64,000 bases of DNA from Klebsormidium nitens (Eukaryota > Plantae > Klebsormidiophyceae), in assembly GCA_000708835.1 (NCBI GenBank), contig DF237067.1, positions 1 to 64,000 on the forward strand, in the 5' to 3' direction. Below, in pieces: positions 26,106 through 38,210 of the stretch. Under the pieces are notes generated by a model. It made no database searches. It was not told where the DNA came from and saw only the letters and a program-made list of their open reading frames with translations. The position numbers were made by a program, and so were the translations under genes. Position 1 is the stretch's first letter; every line of letters starts with the position of its first letter.

Positions 26106-26752
26106 TCACTCCGGAGGCCCAATGACCTTGTCCTTGGCCTTCTGCACCCAGCGCTGCACCTTGTTGGACCGCACGCCCTGCAGCCAACACAACGGCAGGG
26201 CGGGAGGATCAGAGCTGCAACAGCAACTGGCTGGGGTCGAACAAGGTGGAGACAGAGCTGAGAGCATCACATTTGTCAGTAGCGTAAATGGCGTGAACTT
26301 GCACGCTGTCTAGCTCACCCGATTGGAGACGTAGCAGTCCCAGAACGCCTTTTGGAATGGTGTGCAATTGGTGAAGAAACCCCCACTTTTGAAACACTTC
26401 AGGAGAGCCTCTGTAAAAAGAGAGCAAGAACAGTGTGGCTGAGTGCGGGCAGTGTGGCCAGCAATAAATCCATTAGTACGAGCACAGACTTCAATCCATT
26501 TTGCTACCAGCAAAGAAGCAATGGCGGCAGGTTGCATGCTGGCTTCTTACCATGCTCCTCCACGCAGGCCGCCAAGGCCTCCTGCTTCTTCAGCTCTTCG
26601 TGAGGCAGATGCCCCGGCTCAGCGTGGCTCACCGGATTGCCTGCAACACCTGCTTCTTCCAAACCGTGCTTTCCCACTTCACTTGTGTCGTCAGAGTCGA
26701 TGGCCGCCTTGGCCTCTTCACGAGTCGTGCCGCTAGTCCACGCCCAACCCAT
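26106..26752 (-). CDS. Small twin-CX9C (CHCH-like) protein, 121 aa; 3 exons
   Basis: Exons 26551-26752, 26319-26410 and 26106-26177 with GTAAG/GTGAG donors and matching phases give C-VEEHEALLK-C-FKSGGFFTN-C-TPFQKAFWD-C. Not visible as one ORF in the track. Confidence 0.8.
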
Positions 26753-28751
26753 GTGCAGCAAACAGAAGACGCTTTCTGCTCCGATCAATCAGCAGCTCAG
26801 GACCAATTGGCACCAATTGGACGCAAAAAATGTTCAGCAATGGCCAGCCATGGACTCGGAGCAGCCATGCGGCACCATTGGCATCGTGAACTAATACTCG
26901 TGAGTTAGCATTGACCGTGACGAACCAAAGTAACGGTACTTTCGGGGAGCTCGGCACGAGGGTGAACATCGCCGAGAAACGGCATGTAAATGTACCATAC
27001 AATATAGTGGTATGGTATAGTGGCGGCATTTTCCCGGTTTCACTTAGGGTGAACACAAAACAGCGTCTGACATGCATTTTCTGACAGGTACGTACCGGAG
27101 ATGGTATGTACTTCATCGCGCGACAAAAGGCTATTGGTATGTACCGCGGTACTAATGCGTTTCAGTGCCACGTGTTCAGCTAGTTAAGCAACTCTAGTTA
27201 CACAAACCAGTCTCTTAACCTAAATAGCGTCATTTCTCGGTCTCCTGAAGGCGCTTGAAGTTTTCGCTCGCGCCCTGGACGTGGGAGCTGATACTTGTAG
27301 CCAATCGCCTCCTTGGAAGTGTACCGCATCATACCAGGGTTGTCTTGGATCCAGCTACGCTCCTTCAGTGGGAGCGGGTTTGGGAGCTGCTGGTGCTGGA
27401 GCTGCTAAGCTGCTTTTATCAGGCTGGTCCATGGCGTCCAATGGTCGAGCTGGAAGCGAGATGAGAACGTTTGGAATGATGAAGAGAGACAAAGAAACGA
27501 GAAGGAACGAGCTGTTGGAAGTCATCACCCCTCGTCGACTTCTTCTCAAAACACTACTATCGAGTGTGTGTACATGGCGAGTGTACACATTCACTCTACA
27601 AAAAGACTATGTTTTTCCAAGCCGCCAGTAATTTAGTACCGATCAGAGTACCGAGCGTGTAAGTTCGCCGCATCCAACCTGGCTGGCTCGCATCCGTCCA
27701 TCAAAAATCGGCGTTTTAATCGACGGTGCCATTTCTTGTCACAAATTATCTAATTCACACTCCCTTCTATTTACGATTGTTTGCTCCGGGTAGTAAGCCG
27801 GTTTCCGCCTCAGCGCTCTGTACTGGCCCCTCTCAAAACTATTTCCGTGGTTGATCGATCTAGTGCGGAAACATCTATGTGGATCCAGTTCATGATCGCT
27901 AAGTTGAGGTACTGTCCACTGAAACAAGCGGGGGAACAAGCGAAGCTTTGGCCAATGGATTTAGACCAAGAAAGCTTAGACGATTTCCCACCAAGCGAGA
28001 TAGAGCAGCTCCTAAACAGCTGCTCATGAGGGAATTTGTCAACTTTAATTGGTCTCCATATACAAATCTGACCACTGGCTGAGCACATGACCAGCAAGTA
28101 TGACGACGTCCCTGCTTCCTTGCAATAAACGCAAAATAAACCTAAAGCATTTTTTATTGGTTGTATGGTGTCAGAAGAAAGATTGCCATGCCCTGCGTAA
28201 CACGGGCGCTGCCATTGGTTCGAGGAATTGGGCCTGGCAAGCGAGCCCACGGGGAGCCCACATTGTGCAACCATTCTAATTCATCGAAGCCGTTTGGGAA
28301 AAAATCAACACTCCATGACGATCGAACCCTCGTAGCAAGTGCTGATGCAAAGCGACCCTTGAGCAATTCAATGCACTTCATTTGTCTTTCAAAGAACGGA
28401 CGTCCGAATGCAGAATCCACGTCTACATGTCAGAAAAGTCACGCCGCGCCTTGGAGCATCCTAGGCTTCAGAATCAAGCGCCAATCGTACCCTCGAAAGT
28501 TCGACATAGATCGACTTCCGCATTCGTCCCGTCACAATCCCGTAAGGCTTTAATAGAAGGTACGAAGCACGTACGAAGATACGACCGGGTCAACCGAAGG
28601 TACCAACCCGGTCTTCTACTAGTCGCAGTAATCAGCTTCGCTGGGTGACGTGCTCTACTTTGAAGTGTGTAGATCAGCGCACGACACGGACCGCCAAGCG
28701 AGACTCCTTTCACGAGAAGGGCGCATATGGATCTGGAGGCCAGGAGGCGTC

Positions 28752-28789
28752 CGCTCAAGCACTTTGAGCGTTTCAAAGTGCTTGAAACG
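28752..28789. repeat. Compound palindrome (13-bp stem; also two internal hairpins)
   Basis: TCAAGCACTTTGA-GCGTT-TCAAAGTGCTTGA (28755-28785); also CGCTCAA-gcact-TTGAGCG and CGTTTCAA-agtgc-TTGAAACG. Confidence 0.9.
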
Positions 28790-29486
28790 GTGAAAAAGGT
28801 CCATACGGATGTGGTCGTCAAGAGTTCCTGGGACAAGTGCAGCCTTACATGCCAAAGCGAGCGGAGTCAATGTTTGTTGAAGCAAACCTCAATAGACGTA
28901 CGGCCCATCGCATGTGTCCGTCTGACCCCCGAAGCCAGAGGAGTACAATGCGGCTATGCTACGCCTCGAGCATTCACCTTTGACGAATCGTGCAGTTTCG
29001 CTGTGGTGACAACAAGTACGTGCAGCCACGTCATGAACTCGAAAAGAGCTGTTATCCGCGTGAAGCGAGTCAACGACGAGGACAGCAGAACGTGATTTTA
29101 AATAGGTGAGAGTCCGACTCGACTTTTGTCTCCTCGCATAGCCAGTATTGCCGACTAAAAGCAGACTCTCAGAGGTTGTGAGCTTCTACTGTCCGAGTCC
29201 CGATACAGGTGATCATGTCATTGTACAAGACGTCCCAAGTCTTCCGTGTACCCTACCCATATCCAACGTGTCTGTTGCCGGTCTTGTGGTCATGTGAGCT
29301 GGTTCGAGCAGTTTAATAAAGTCAGCCGTTTAGGCTAGTGAGCGGATAAATAGGATGGAGCAAACACAGATCGACGCGCTTCGGCGGGATTAGCAACATC
29401 ACACGGGAAACGACCCAATCCCTTGCTTATCTTCGACAGCCTTTACGGTGTTTGGTGAATTACGGCCACCCATGTTCCCGTCACCG

Positions 29487-32219
29487 TCAGTGTTTCCAGT
29501 TCCGCTTTCGCTGATTGATGAACCAGTTGCTGACTTGCTTCATTGACAGGCCCGTCTGCCTTGCGAGGGCCTGCTTCTCGTCATCCTGCAGCACCCGACA
29601 CCGACCAATTAGTTTCTAATCAGTCAGCGACGAGTGACCTCTCGAAAGCATTGTTTGAAAGCATCCTCTCGAATGCGCCTCGCTTGGTCGCTCAAGTTTT
29701 CGTCAGTCCGTTCCGTTCAAATGTTCCAAAGGTTGAGGACAGGAGGCGCCGGTCACCGATCAACGCATGGCCTGATTGAGTACTTCCCGGCTTTTCTTTG
29801 CCGATCTCTTCTTTTGTCCTAATTCAACTAGCTTCGAGTTTTGTAAGGCTAAGGAACCCACCCACAAGGTGCATAAGAGTTCACCCCTGCTCGATCCGCG
29901 ACCCCGCTGCCAGCTGTGGGCACCTGACCCCACCTTTTTCGTTTCTGTACTTTCTCCTCCATCCTCCTTTGGTAGAGAAGTCCGACACATTATGACGAGA
30001 TGAAGATAGCCGTCGAAGCGCGTGCGAAGTGGGGATTAGTTTTTATTACTTCCAAAAATTTCCGTAGACGTCTCTGATTGGGAGCAGCACGTGCAATGTG
30101 GATGGTGGGGCACGGGGGGCGCTGACCGTGGGGTAGGGCCAGCTCTCGTGGCGCCTCCACCAGTCCTTGAGCAGGTGCCCCTGGTCGCCGGGCAGCCGCC
30201 CCGCCTGCCGCTTGCGCAAGATCTCCTTGTGCACCTCCGCCAGGGTCTCGCTGCACGTTCGAAAGGGCACGGCGTTAAGGATCTCATCTGCATCCGGTCA
30301 CTTGACTATGAGACACATAAGCTCTTCAAATCTACTTGAAATGGACAAGTTTCAGAGTTCCCAAGACTGAGTATGCGCCCGCCGAGCTCATGAGCAGGAC
30401 TTACAAACCAAAACCGCTGTGCTCTGCCAACCTCGCATATTCAGCCGCTCTCTGCACATGTCTCAGGATCCACGCTCCAGGAGAGGCGTGTGCAAGCGGT
30501 GCATTCCGATCTGCTCAGCGGTCCACAGCTTCGTCCTCGCCTCGCCTGGGCACTTGTCTGCCCTCACCTGTACTGTTTCTTCAGCTTGTGCCGCAGCTCC
30601 TTGGCCATGCTGGCCGCCACCGCGGGTTCGGGCCCCCTCGCCCCCCGCCCTTCCGAACTTGCACCCACAGGTCCGCTCTCTGTCGCCCATTCTGCGCGTC
30701 CCAGTTGCGCGTCGCGCTGCAGGCATCTGCGACAGGGCGTTCCCCAGGCGTTCCCACCTGGCCGATGTACGAGCAGTGCCGGGTGCTCTTGAAGCTCGAC
30801 CCATGCACGGTCAAGACGATTTGAGTTGCTGTACGGAGTTTCAGCTGCTGGGATGCATCCTCTCGCTGTTGCTGGGGAGCCTCACCTTCTGACGAGCATG
30901 GCCGTACTCGTGCTCAGGCCGCCGCCGCCAAGGTCCGAGGCCGGTTCTCTTGAGCGACTAAAGCCCACGTCCCTCCCTGCCGCAGGCGGAACCCTTCCGG
31001 TTGGATCGCCTCGAGGGTGACCAGTAAGACCAGACGTTCCGTCGATTTCGCCCAACGGTCGAGTGCTGGCGAGTAAGGCGGGGAAGGCGGGGTGGGGGCT
31101 AGCGCTGGGCCTAGCACCTGGGCCGGTGCTGGAAGGCACCTTTCGCAAAGACGCGGGCAAGAGAGGACCTTGGAGGTCAGCTGCTTTTCTGGACCTGCCA
31201 ACCGCTCGAGAACGATCCGCCGCCGGCTGGGGTGGACTTGATCTGAGACTGGATACTTGCGGCGACAAAGTTGCGGGCGGCCTTGCACGGTGGCCCAAAG
31301 CGTCCACTAGTCTTTGCTCCAACACCTCACAGGACCGCAGAGCTGCGGAGATGTGGCTCTCGAGAGCCGCCTTGAGCCGCCCCAGTTGAGCCAAGCACTC
31401 TGCCTGATCAGGAAAAGGCAAGACGTTCAGATATCTTGACGAGCTTGCGATTGTACCACAAGGGTTCCAGATCTGCCACCTGTTTTGTTTCTTCTACGAA
31501 ATTTCCCCCCCAGTGCGCCCTACTCGACCTCAGAAGTCCGGATTCCTTTCAGTAGGTTTCGTATGATGCTGAAAGATTTTCTGCGTTGAGATTCTTTTCA
31601 TTTTTGTGATGCAATGTTTAGCGAGTTGAACGGCTGCGTTGGCAACAACGTCATTCTAAATTCGAGCTAGGCACTCTTCCGCCCTTTGTTATGTTAGCGG
31701 CAGGCTTGATAACACTCTCTTCATTATTTTCTTGGGGAAGGAAGCCTCACCATGAACGCATCCACCTCCGGCGCGGCTGCCTGCAGCCCGGGGGCAGCGC
31801 GTTCTGCTCTTCCTTCCGCTCCGATGCTCCCATGGGCGGCTGCCAGGTCCAGCTCCAGCTGATACAGCCGCGGCGAGGAGGTGTCCATCTGCGCGTTGCA
31901 GGACAGTTCTTCCATCTTCGAACGTGCTGAGGATGGGTCAGAATCACCGCCTTGAACTAAGGTACAAAGACCATCCTGCAGAAAGAGGGGCACAGGCAAC
32001 ATTCTCAACTGATGCGTGCGTACTCTTTCAAATTTTCTTGCTTTCTGCACACCTCTTCCTAGCAACCTCGTAGGGTCTCACCTGCACGCAGGCTACATGA
32101 GCTGCGATAAGCTTGGGGTACGACTGGTTGCATTCTATGTCGTGGACTAACAGGGGCAGATCTGGTGGCAGCGACCCAGCCTGTAGACCAGGCTTCGCAG
32201 AGATGCTCTCCTCTTCCAT
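29487..32219 (-). CDS. KNOX: KNOX (TALE) homeobox transcription factor with KNOX1, KNOX2, ELK and homeodomain; class II-type signature
   Basis: KNOX1 [19 protein letters not shown] (~32080-32140); APEVDAFM; KNOX2 [30 protein letters not shown]; [14 protein letters not shown]|[23 protein letters not shown]; [18 protein letters not shown]|[32 protein letters not shown] (stop 29487-29489). Start codon and central exons are less certain. Confidence 0.92.
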
Positions 32220-33573
32220 TAAAAGCGGGCAAGCACTGAAAGTCCTTCTGGGGACGACAAAATGAAAATCGACCAATTGGCTGATCAACACGAACGACCA
32301 AAATATGCTTTCAAGTGGAGCAAACACTGCAAGCGACGGGAGACATCTGTTCATGTTAGGCCGTTCAGAACATTCAGGGTGACACATTCCGCGAATTACG
32401 TTAGATAAGGGCGTATACCTTGAATCCTGACTCTGATGAAAACTGCATTGAACAGACCACAAGATCTGCTTGCCTGCAGCACTCCTCTATGACCGGACGA
32501 AGGAATGGCATTGCTTACTCAGCAATTCAAAATTATTGCATGAAACTGTGACCAGGGAGCTGCAATCTTGGCATCAATGTAGTGCGCTTCGAGGACACCA
32601 ATTGCCATCCCTGATGCATGGTCGATGAAGTCGAGGTGGAAAGCCTAGGTCATCCGTACCACCACGTCTCTCCTTGAGGGGCACTCCGTACAAAGAGACG
32701 AATCTTAGTTTTCAAGGCTTCTCAGTTGGGTCATTCCGCACGCGGAAGATTTCTTATCAAATCCCTCAAATCGCTGCGATTCTCTGATGCTTTGTAGGAT
32801 CTCTGAGCACACTTTTTTAGTCACCGAGTTTCCTTCCTTCCTCTACTCGTATTTATACCTTTCTTTTCTCCGTGCTGTCTCCGTGAGCATAACAAGTGCA
32901 CGATTTGAGAAAAAGGTTTTTTTTCCTAGCTACTCTTTGTTTTGATGCAGTAGCGCAAAAGATTAGTGATTACACTTGGAAGGCAGCGAGCGCCGTTCTC
33001 AGCAGGGATTCAAAGCAGCTTCTGGGCTGGAAGTGGATGCTGATTGTAAAGGCTGGCGCAGTGCTAGGACGTAAACATCAAGCCTGCAGGAAGTGCAATC
33101 CTCGTGAGAACCTAGGATGAAAGCGGCAGGCTCGGCCCAGTTTTGCCTTCGAAAGCCGCTGGCCTCTTTCAAGTCATCTGCAGTGGGGCTCGCATCGATC
33201 GGTTCGGCCTCGCCCTTGGTCTGGCGTAGTCGATCGGCCCTAGAAGCGCAGCATGAGATGATACCACACTGACGTTCCGCAATTACGTTGACGATCGGCT
33301 ACGGCCGGTAAGGTTTACCCGTGGCCCTGGGAGTGGACCTTTGAAATACTGGATTGCATGAGACAACCTTTTGGGAGAGCTTGATATTCAGGGAAAGATG
33401 CCGCGCTTGGGTGATAAGAATGCTGCACAACTGAAGGCGTGTTACAACGGGCGCACGCCCCACGCAGACGGACAAGTGCGCGTGAGAGATTCGGAAGCGG
33501 CAGTTTTGGATACTTGGGTGAGGCAAAGCTTTAGAGGTTTTGTGACGGATTAAGCTGGAGGGTTGCATGCGAA

Positions 33574-36500
33574 ATGGATCTAGGCGGCGAGGATTACGAT
33601 AGGAGGAAAGATACCAAGTCCATCCTGGACCTTCTGACAGCAGGTACAAAGGATGTCGATGCTTTAGTCAAGTACGAAAGAAATGGAACTCCAAGAGCGA
33701 TGAGGTGAGCATCTAAGCTATTCAACGTTGACCTTGAAGCATGCACAAAACCGCACGCAATGTTAAGATTGTCACTGCCTCTTGATAGACTATATTTCAA
33801 AGTTCTCTTAAGAATCTACCTTTGTATAATCTCTTTCGCATGGCTTTGCAGGATGAAATTGGGAAATGACTACAAAACCCTACAATGTTGGTACGAAGCT
33901 GATGCAGGTTTCGAGCAAGAAACAAGTAAGAATTCAAGGGAAAATAAGCTAGTACTCTACTTTGTTCATATGCTTTTACTCAGAAAACGTCCGAAAGAAA
34001 CCCTCTGCTCTACTGTGTAAGTCTTTCGTCAGTGTGTCTCTTGGAACAAGTCACTGATTTGATTTGAACGGTTGCTTCTGAGGGACTATCGAGTGCTTGC
34101 TTCAGATTTGCAATTTTTTTTGACACATTTCAATATGCAAGTAGACTGCGAAGCAACAATCTGCATATCTGCGCTCTGCTCATTAACCTTCTGCATTTCT
34201 GCAGTTGAACTGTCAAGTGTTCGCGCTTTCCACCACGGTCTTAACACGCAAACGGTCTTCAGCCACAACGAAGTGAACTCTGAAGCATTCAAGGATGTGA
34301 ACAATCTGAGCTTCTACCTGATACATGATGATGGTCGAGCTCGAGAGACAGGAGAACGAAGCAATAAGCGTTCGTTAAATCTGACAGCAACAAGCTCTCA
34401 GTCGTACGAATTGTGGGCTAACCTGTGTGGCTTGATCTCCGTCTGGAACATTATCAAGACTCCGCAGGTACGACTTTCCATCAATAATTGCTACTCCTTT
34501 GAGCCAGTCGTCTCTCTCTATCACGCTTTTCCTGTCATACTGCAATGGACAGAATGAACAAGGTTCGGCTCCAATGAACGATTCTCTGAATTCCAACACA
34601 TCTGAATGACCATAGCTTTATTACGATGACAGTCGCAACTTTGATCCAGTCCTCTGACAGCCTTGCATATTTTATGCAGGAGGATCTTCTAACATGCTCC
34701 AGCATCAAGTGCCAGCACTTCGTGAAGGTGGCTTCGCTACTTGTGGAGCTCATGTGCAGAAATGCAGTTGAAAAGTGAGTTGAGACCCTACGATTGATTC
34801 AACGGATCGAAAAAGCTGGAAGAAAAGGAACAGATAGACGAACTGGATATTTTCTTGTAATTCTGTCCGCATATGATCTGAAGGCGGCGTCACAAAAGCT
34901 GATTAATAAAACCTTTCTCGTGATCTATCGTTTTCTTCTTCCTGCAGCGGAGCTGCTCTTGAAGCGATAGCATTCTTGTTGGATTCTGGCCTACAAGAAT
35001 ACGCCGCTACTAAAGAGGAGACCAATTTTCAGGCCGCGCTTCTTGAGCTTTGCAACGCCGTCACGACGTGTCACAATAAGACCTCGTTGTCTGAGATTGT
35101 ACCACTTTCGAGCAGAGCAGGTTTGGCAGAGGTGAGCTGATTGGCAAGGAAAGATTGGGACAGGTTATATCTCCCCAAAAAACAATATCCTCGACATTGC
35201 AGAGCATCGACGTCTTTACGCGATCTGATATCGCACGTTTACGATCCCGTTCTTTAGAAGCTGCGGCAGTGCCTTTTGCACTCAAAAATTTCACCGTACC
35301 TCAAGCAGATAATCCTGGGACAATTGAAACGAGATCTTATTGTGCATCGTGTGTCTTTTGACGCTTTTCAGACGACAGAAATTGGATCCGTGGCTTTTGC
35401 TCGCTGAATTGACCTCCCCTTCTGTCTCCGACAGGAGTTATGGGCCCTCCTATGCCGCCTCCTTCTCCAAGCTGACAGCCTGCCCGCCTTGCAAGACGCT
35501 GCGTCCGTTGCTCTTCAGAAGCTCTCTCTACAGCTGCCCAGACCTGGACGTCTTGCGCTGCACTCTTCCATCCTTGGAGTTCTCAGCGCAGCTGCCGGTC
35601 AATTGAGCACTACGTCGATTGTCAACTTGCTAAACCTGCTCGCCGGCAACGCTGCTTCTGGCGGCTACCTGACACAGCAGACCGCTCAAGAACTCCGCAT
35701 GCTAGCTCTGGTAAAGGACCAAAGCCTGAGTGCTGCTGCATCAAAGACGGTAGCTGCTCTACCCGTCAAGGGCAGCGTTTTGACGGCTGCTGAAGAGAAG
35801 TTTGTGTTTCTTGAAAGGACGCTTCTCCCGTGGCCCGTTCTGAAACGTGCATCCGAGCAAGAGTCCCCAGCGATCATACCTGAAAGATGTGAGCCGTTTG
35901 AACCTGCGAGCATCGAAGTAAGCGAGAGCCCGGAGAAGCACATCCTTCTCAGCCCTTACCCGTTTGTACCGTGCCGAGCAGCCACGCGGCAGGTTTTGAG
36001 AAGCGGTGATCAACAAGAATTTTCAAGTGATCCTTTAGCCAGGAAGACCCCACCTAGAGGTAGCCAGATCCAATCTGAAGCCCCGGCGTCCCCTTTGGTC
36101 CTGCACCCTAGCCCGCTAAGCCCCAAAAAAAGCGCTGGTCCTCCACGGTCCCCTTTGAGTTCCAAGTCACCAACCTTCAGCAGGTCGAGAGACCTGGCCC
36201 GTGTTGCAGCTAGTAAGAGCCCTCAGAAGGAGCAGCGCGCCCTTTCACCACCAACCAAGAATCAAAAGCTTACGCCTACGGGAGCAGCTAAGAAGGTACT
36301 CTTCTCGACAGACGGAACCAGCAAAGACTTGGCCACAAGGTCCCCGCTGCGAGAAAAGGTCGCGATGCAGAGAAGCAGCGGAGGAGGTCAGGGTCCTGCG
36401 CCATCATCCCCGCTGGACAGACCTTCTAGCAGCAGAACGCTGGGCCAGGTGGCGAACCACTTTGAGGCGAGGAAAGAGGTGTGGAAGAAGACGGCGGCAA

Positions 36501-36847
36501 AGAAGAAGGAGTCCGACTACGACATTCCCAAACCAGATGCACAGAAGGATATTGTCTCAGCCGGTGTCCAAGTTTCTTCGCCAAATGGGAGTTTCACTGG
36601 AGCTGAACTCGAAGGAGTTGTAGAGAAGCCGCCAGAAGGCTCCGCAGCTCTGCTGAAGCCAGTCGAAGTGTTCGGTAAAGCGGCAATGCACGCCAATACC
36701 ATAGATACGTCAGAGGTAGTCCTCGAAAAGCAGACTGCCACTTGGCAATACGACACATTGAGTGCGGAGGAGTGGCTCCAGTTGGCAAAGCTAGAAGAGT
36801 CGTCAGCAGCCGAGGATAGCATCAAGGACAGCAATTTGTCAGAATAG
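33574..36847 (+). CDS. Uncharacterised protein: N-terminal PH-like domain (PLC/PRAF type), helical middle, disordered Ser/Pro/Lys-rich C-terminus
   Basis: The first four exons join in consistent phases to give ALVKYERNGTPRAM|RMKLGNDYKTLQCW...|FELSSVRAFHHG...LSFYLIH...RSLNLTATSSQSYELWANLCGLIS, matching the LLKY..GKP / LSxV / FSLIY / RSLDL..W pattern. The last exon is ORF 35489-36847. Middle exons are only partly resolved. Confidence 0.65.
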
Positions 36848-38210
36848 CCACAAACGGTGAAAGATTGCGACATTTTCCGAAGTTTCGCACTTAGAGGTCC
36901 AGGAGGTTGGGAAGTTTGTCTACCGTAGGAGGGCCATGCTATTTCTGATCCGTGATCAATGAAAGAAGTCTGCTCGTTCAAGTAGGCCAGGGTTGGATAA
37001 AAAATCAGTGAGATCAACACGACGATTGATGCACGAGTTTGTCTCATCCGCGGTGTTTGACGGACCAATCCTGACAACTGCATACCGCGAACCGCCTAAA
37101 ATGTTGACACCACGAGCGGGTCTCGGCCCGCTGGCTGGTTGGTGTAAGGTGAAGCATCGAGTGCAGGCCGTTGTTGTCTGCTTAATACACACCTCGCGGA
37201 CCAACGCCCAAGCATTCGAAACATTTGCGGAGTTACTGACAAGAACAAGTTGTGTGGGCAAACAATTCCTCATGTTCAAAACCGATTCGCGCTGATGATG
37301 CATGGCCATTTCTCCTGACTATGCATCTAGATCCGTAGGTCTTGCCGCAGAGGCGCCTAGGTCTGCACGTGCATGGTACATGAACAAGCGATGCGACTTA
37401 CAAAGATCCTGCATGCACTTGATGATGGTAGTAGAGCTTGCACCTGATGCATGCATGTTTGTACACCGGCGGACAACTGGAGTATATATATAGAAGTTCG
37501 AGCCGAGCAGAAAATGTCAGCTGCCGCCAATTCAGTCATTGCCAGGGGTGCGATCATGATTATTTAGGCTGGCTGGATCTCGTATATTACAGATGGTTGC
37601 CAAAAATATATGGCCATGTATGAGCTGTGCGCCAACACAATTGCGGCAGACCGCCAGATGTCTAGCTGCACTGAGCCGCCAAAGTCCAATTAGGACGTGT
37701 GATCAGAACACATGGACTTATTCTGCTCCTAGGGCGAAACACTGATGGCCCGCCCCGCGCCCATCGGCCGAAGTTGTTGCACACTGGATCCATTTCAGCC
37801 ACATTGATTGATCGTCTTGGCACGAACGTCTATGCCGGGGCCTCTATCATGTGTTTGGCCGTTACTAAAGCTCTAGATAGGTATGTACGGGTGGAAAGAA
37901 GCGCAGCAGCATTGGTTTCTTGGTGTGATTCCACAGCCAGCACGGCATCGGTTGACTGTATTCTAGTACTGCCCCGAGAGTATCTGCAATCTTGCACCAT
38001 CAGTTGCTTTACTCGAGATGAGCAGGGAAACCAAAAACGCAGTGATTTTTTTATTCATACACCTCTCTGCCTCGAAAGCAGAAGCCTAGTCCTAGTTGCT
38101 CGCAATGCGGAACAAAGCAGTCCCAATGACCTGCAAAAGTTAACCTCAATAATGACTTGCACACTTCCGCGCCAATAACGTACATCGAGAGTACATACGC
38201 AGTACCTGCC

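Noticed and set aside
27147-27641. CGGTACTAA / TTAGTACCG inverted pair suggesting a MITE
   Set aside because: Only 9 bp, no target-site duplication, no second copy in the window.
37770-37850. LHTGSISATLID resembling a hot-dog thioesterase motif (ORF 37699-38178)
   Set aside because: Spacing is off, the rest of the fold is absent, and no splice model could be built.
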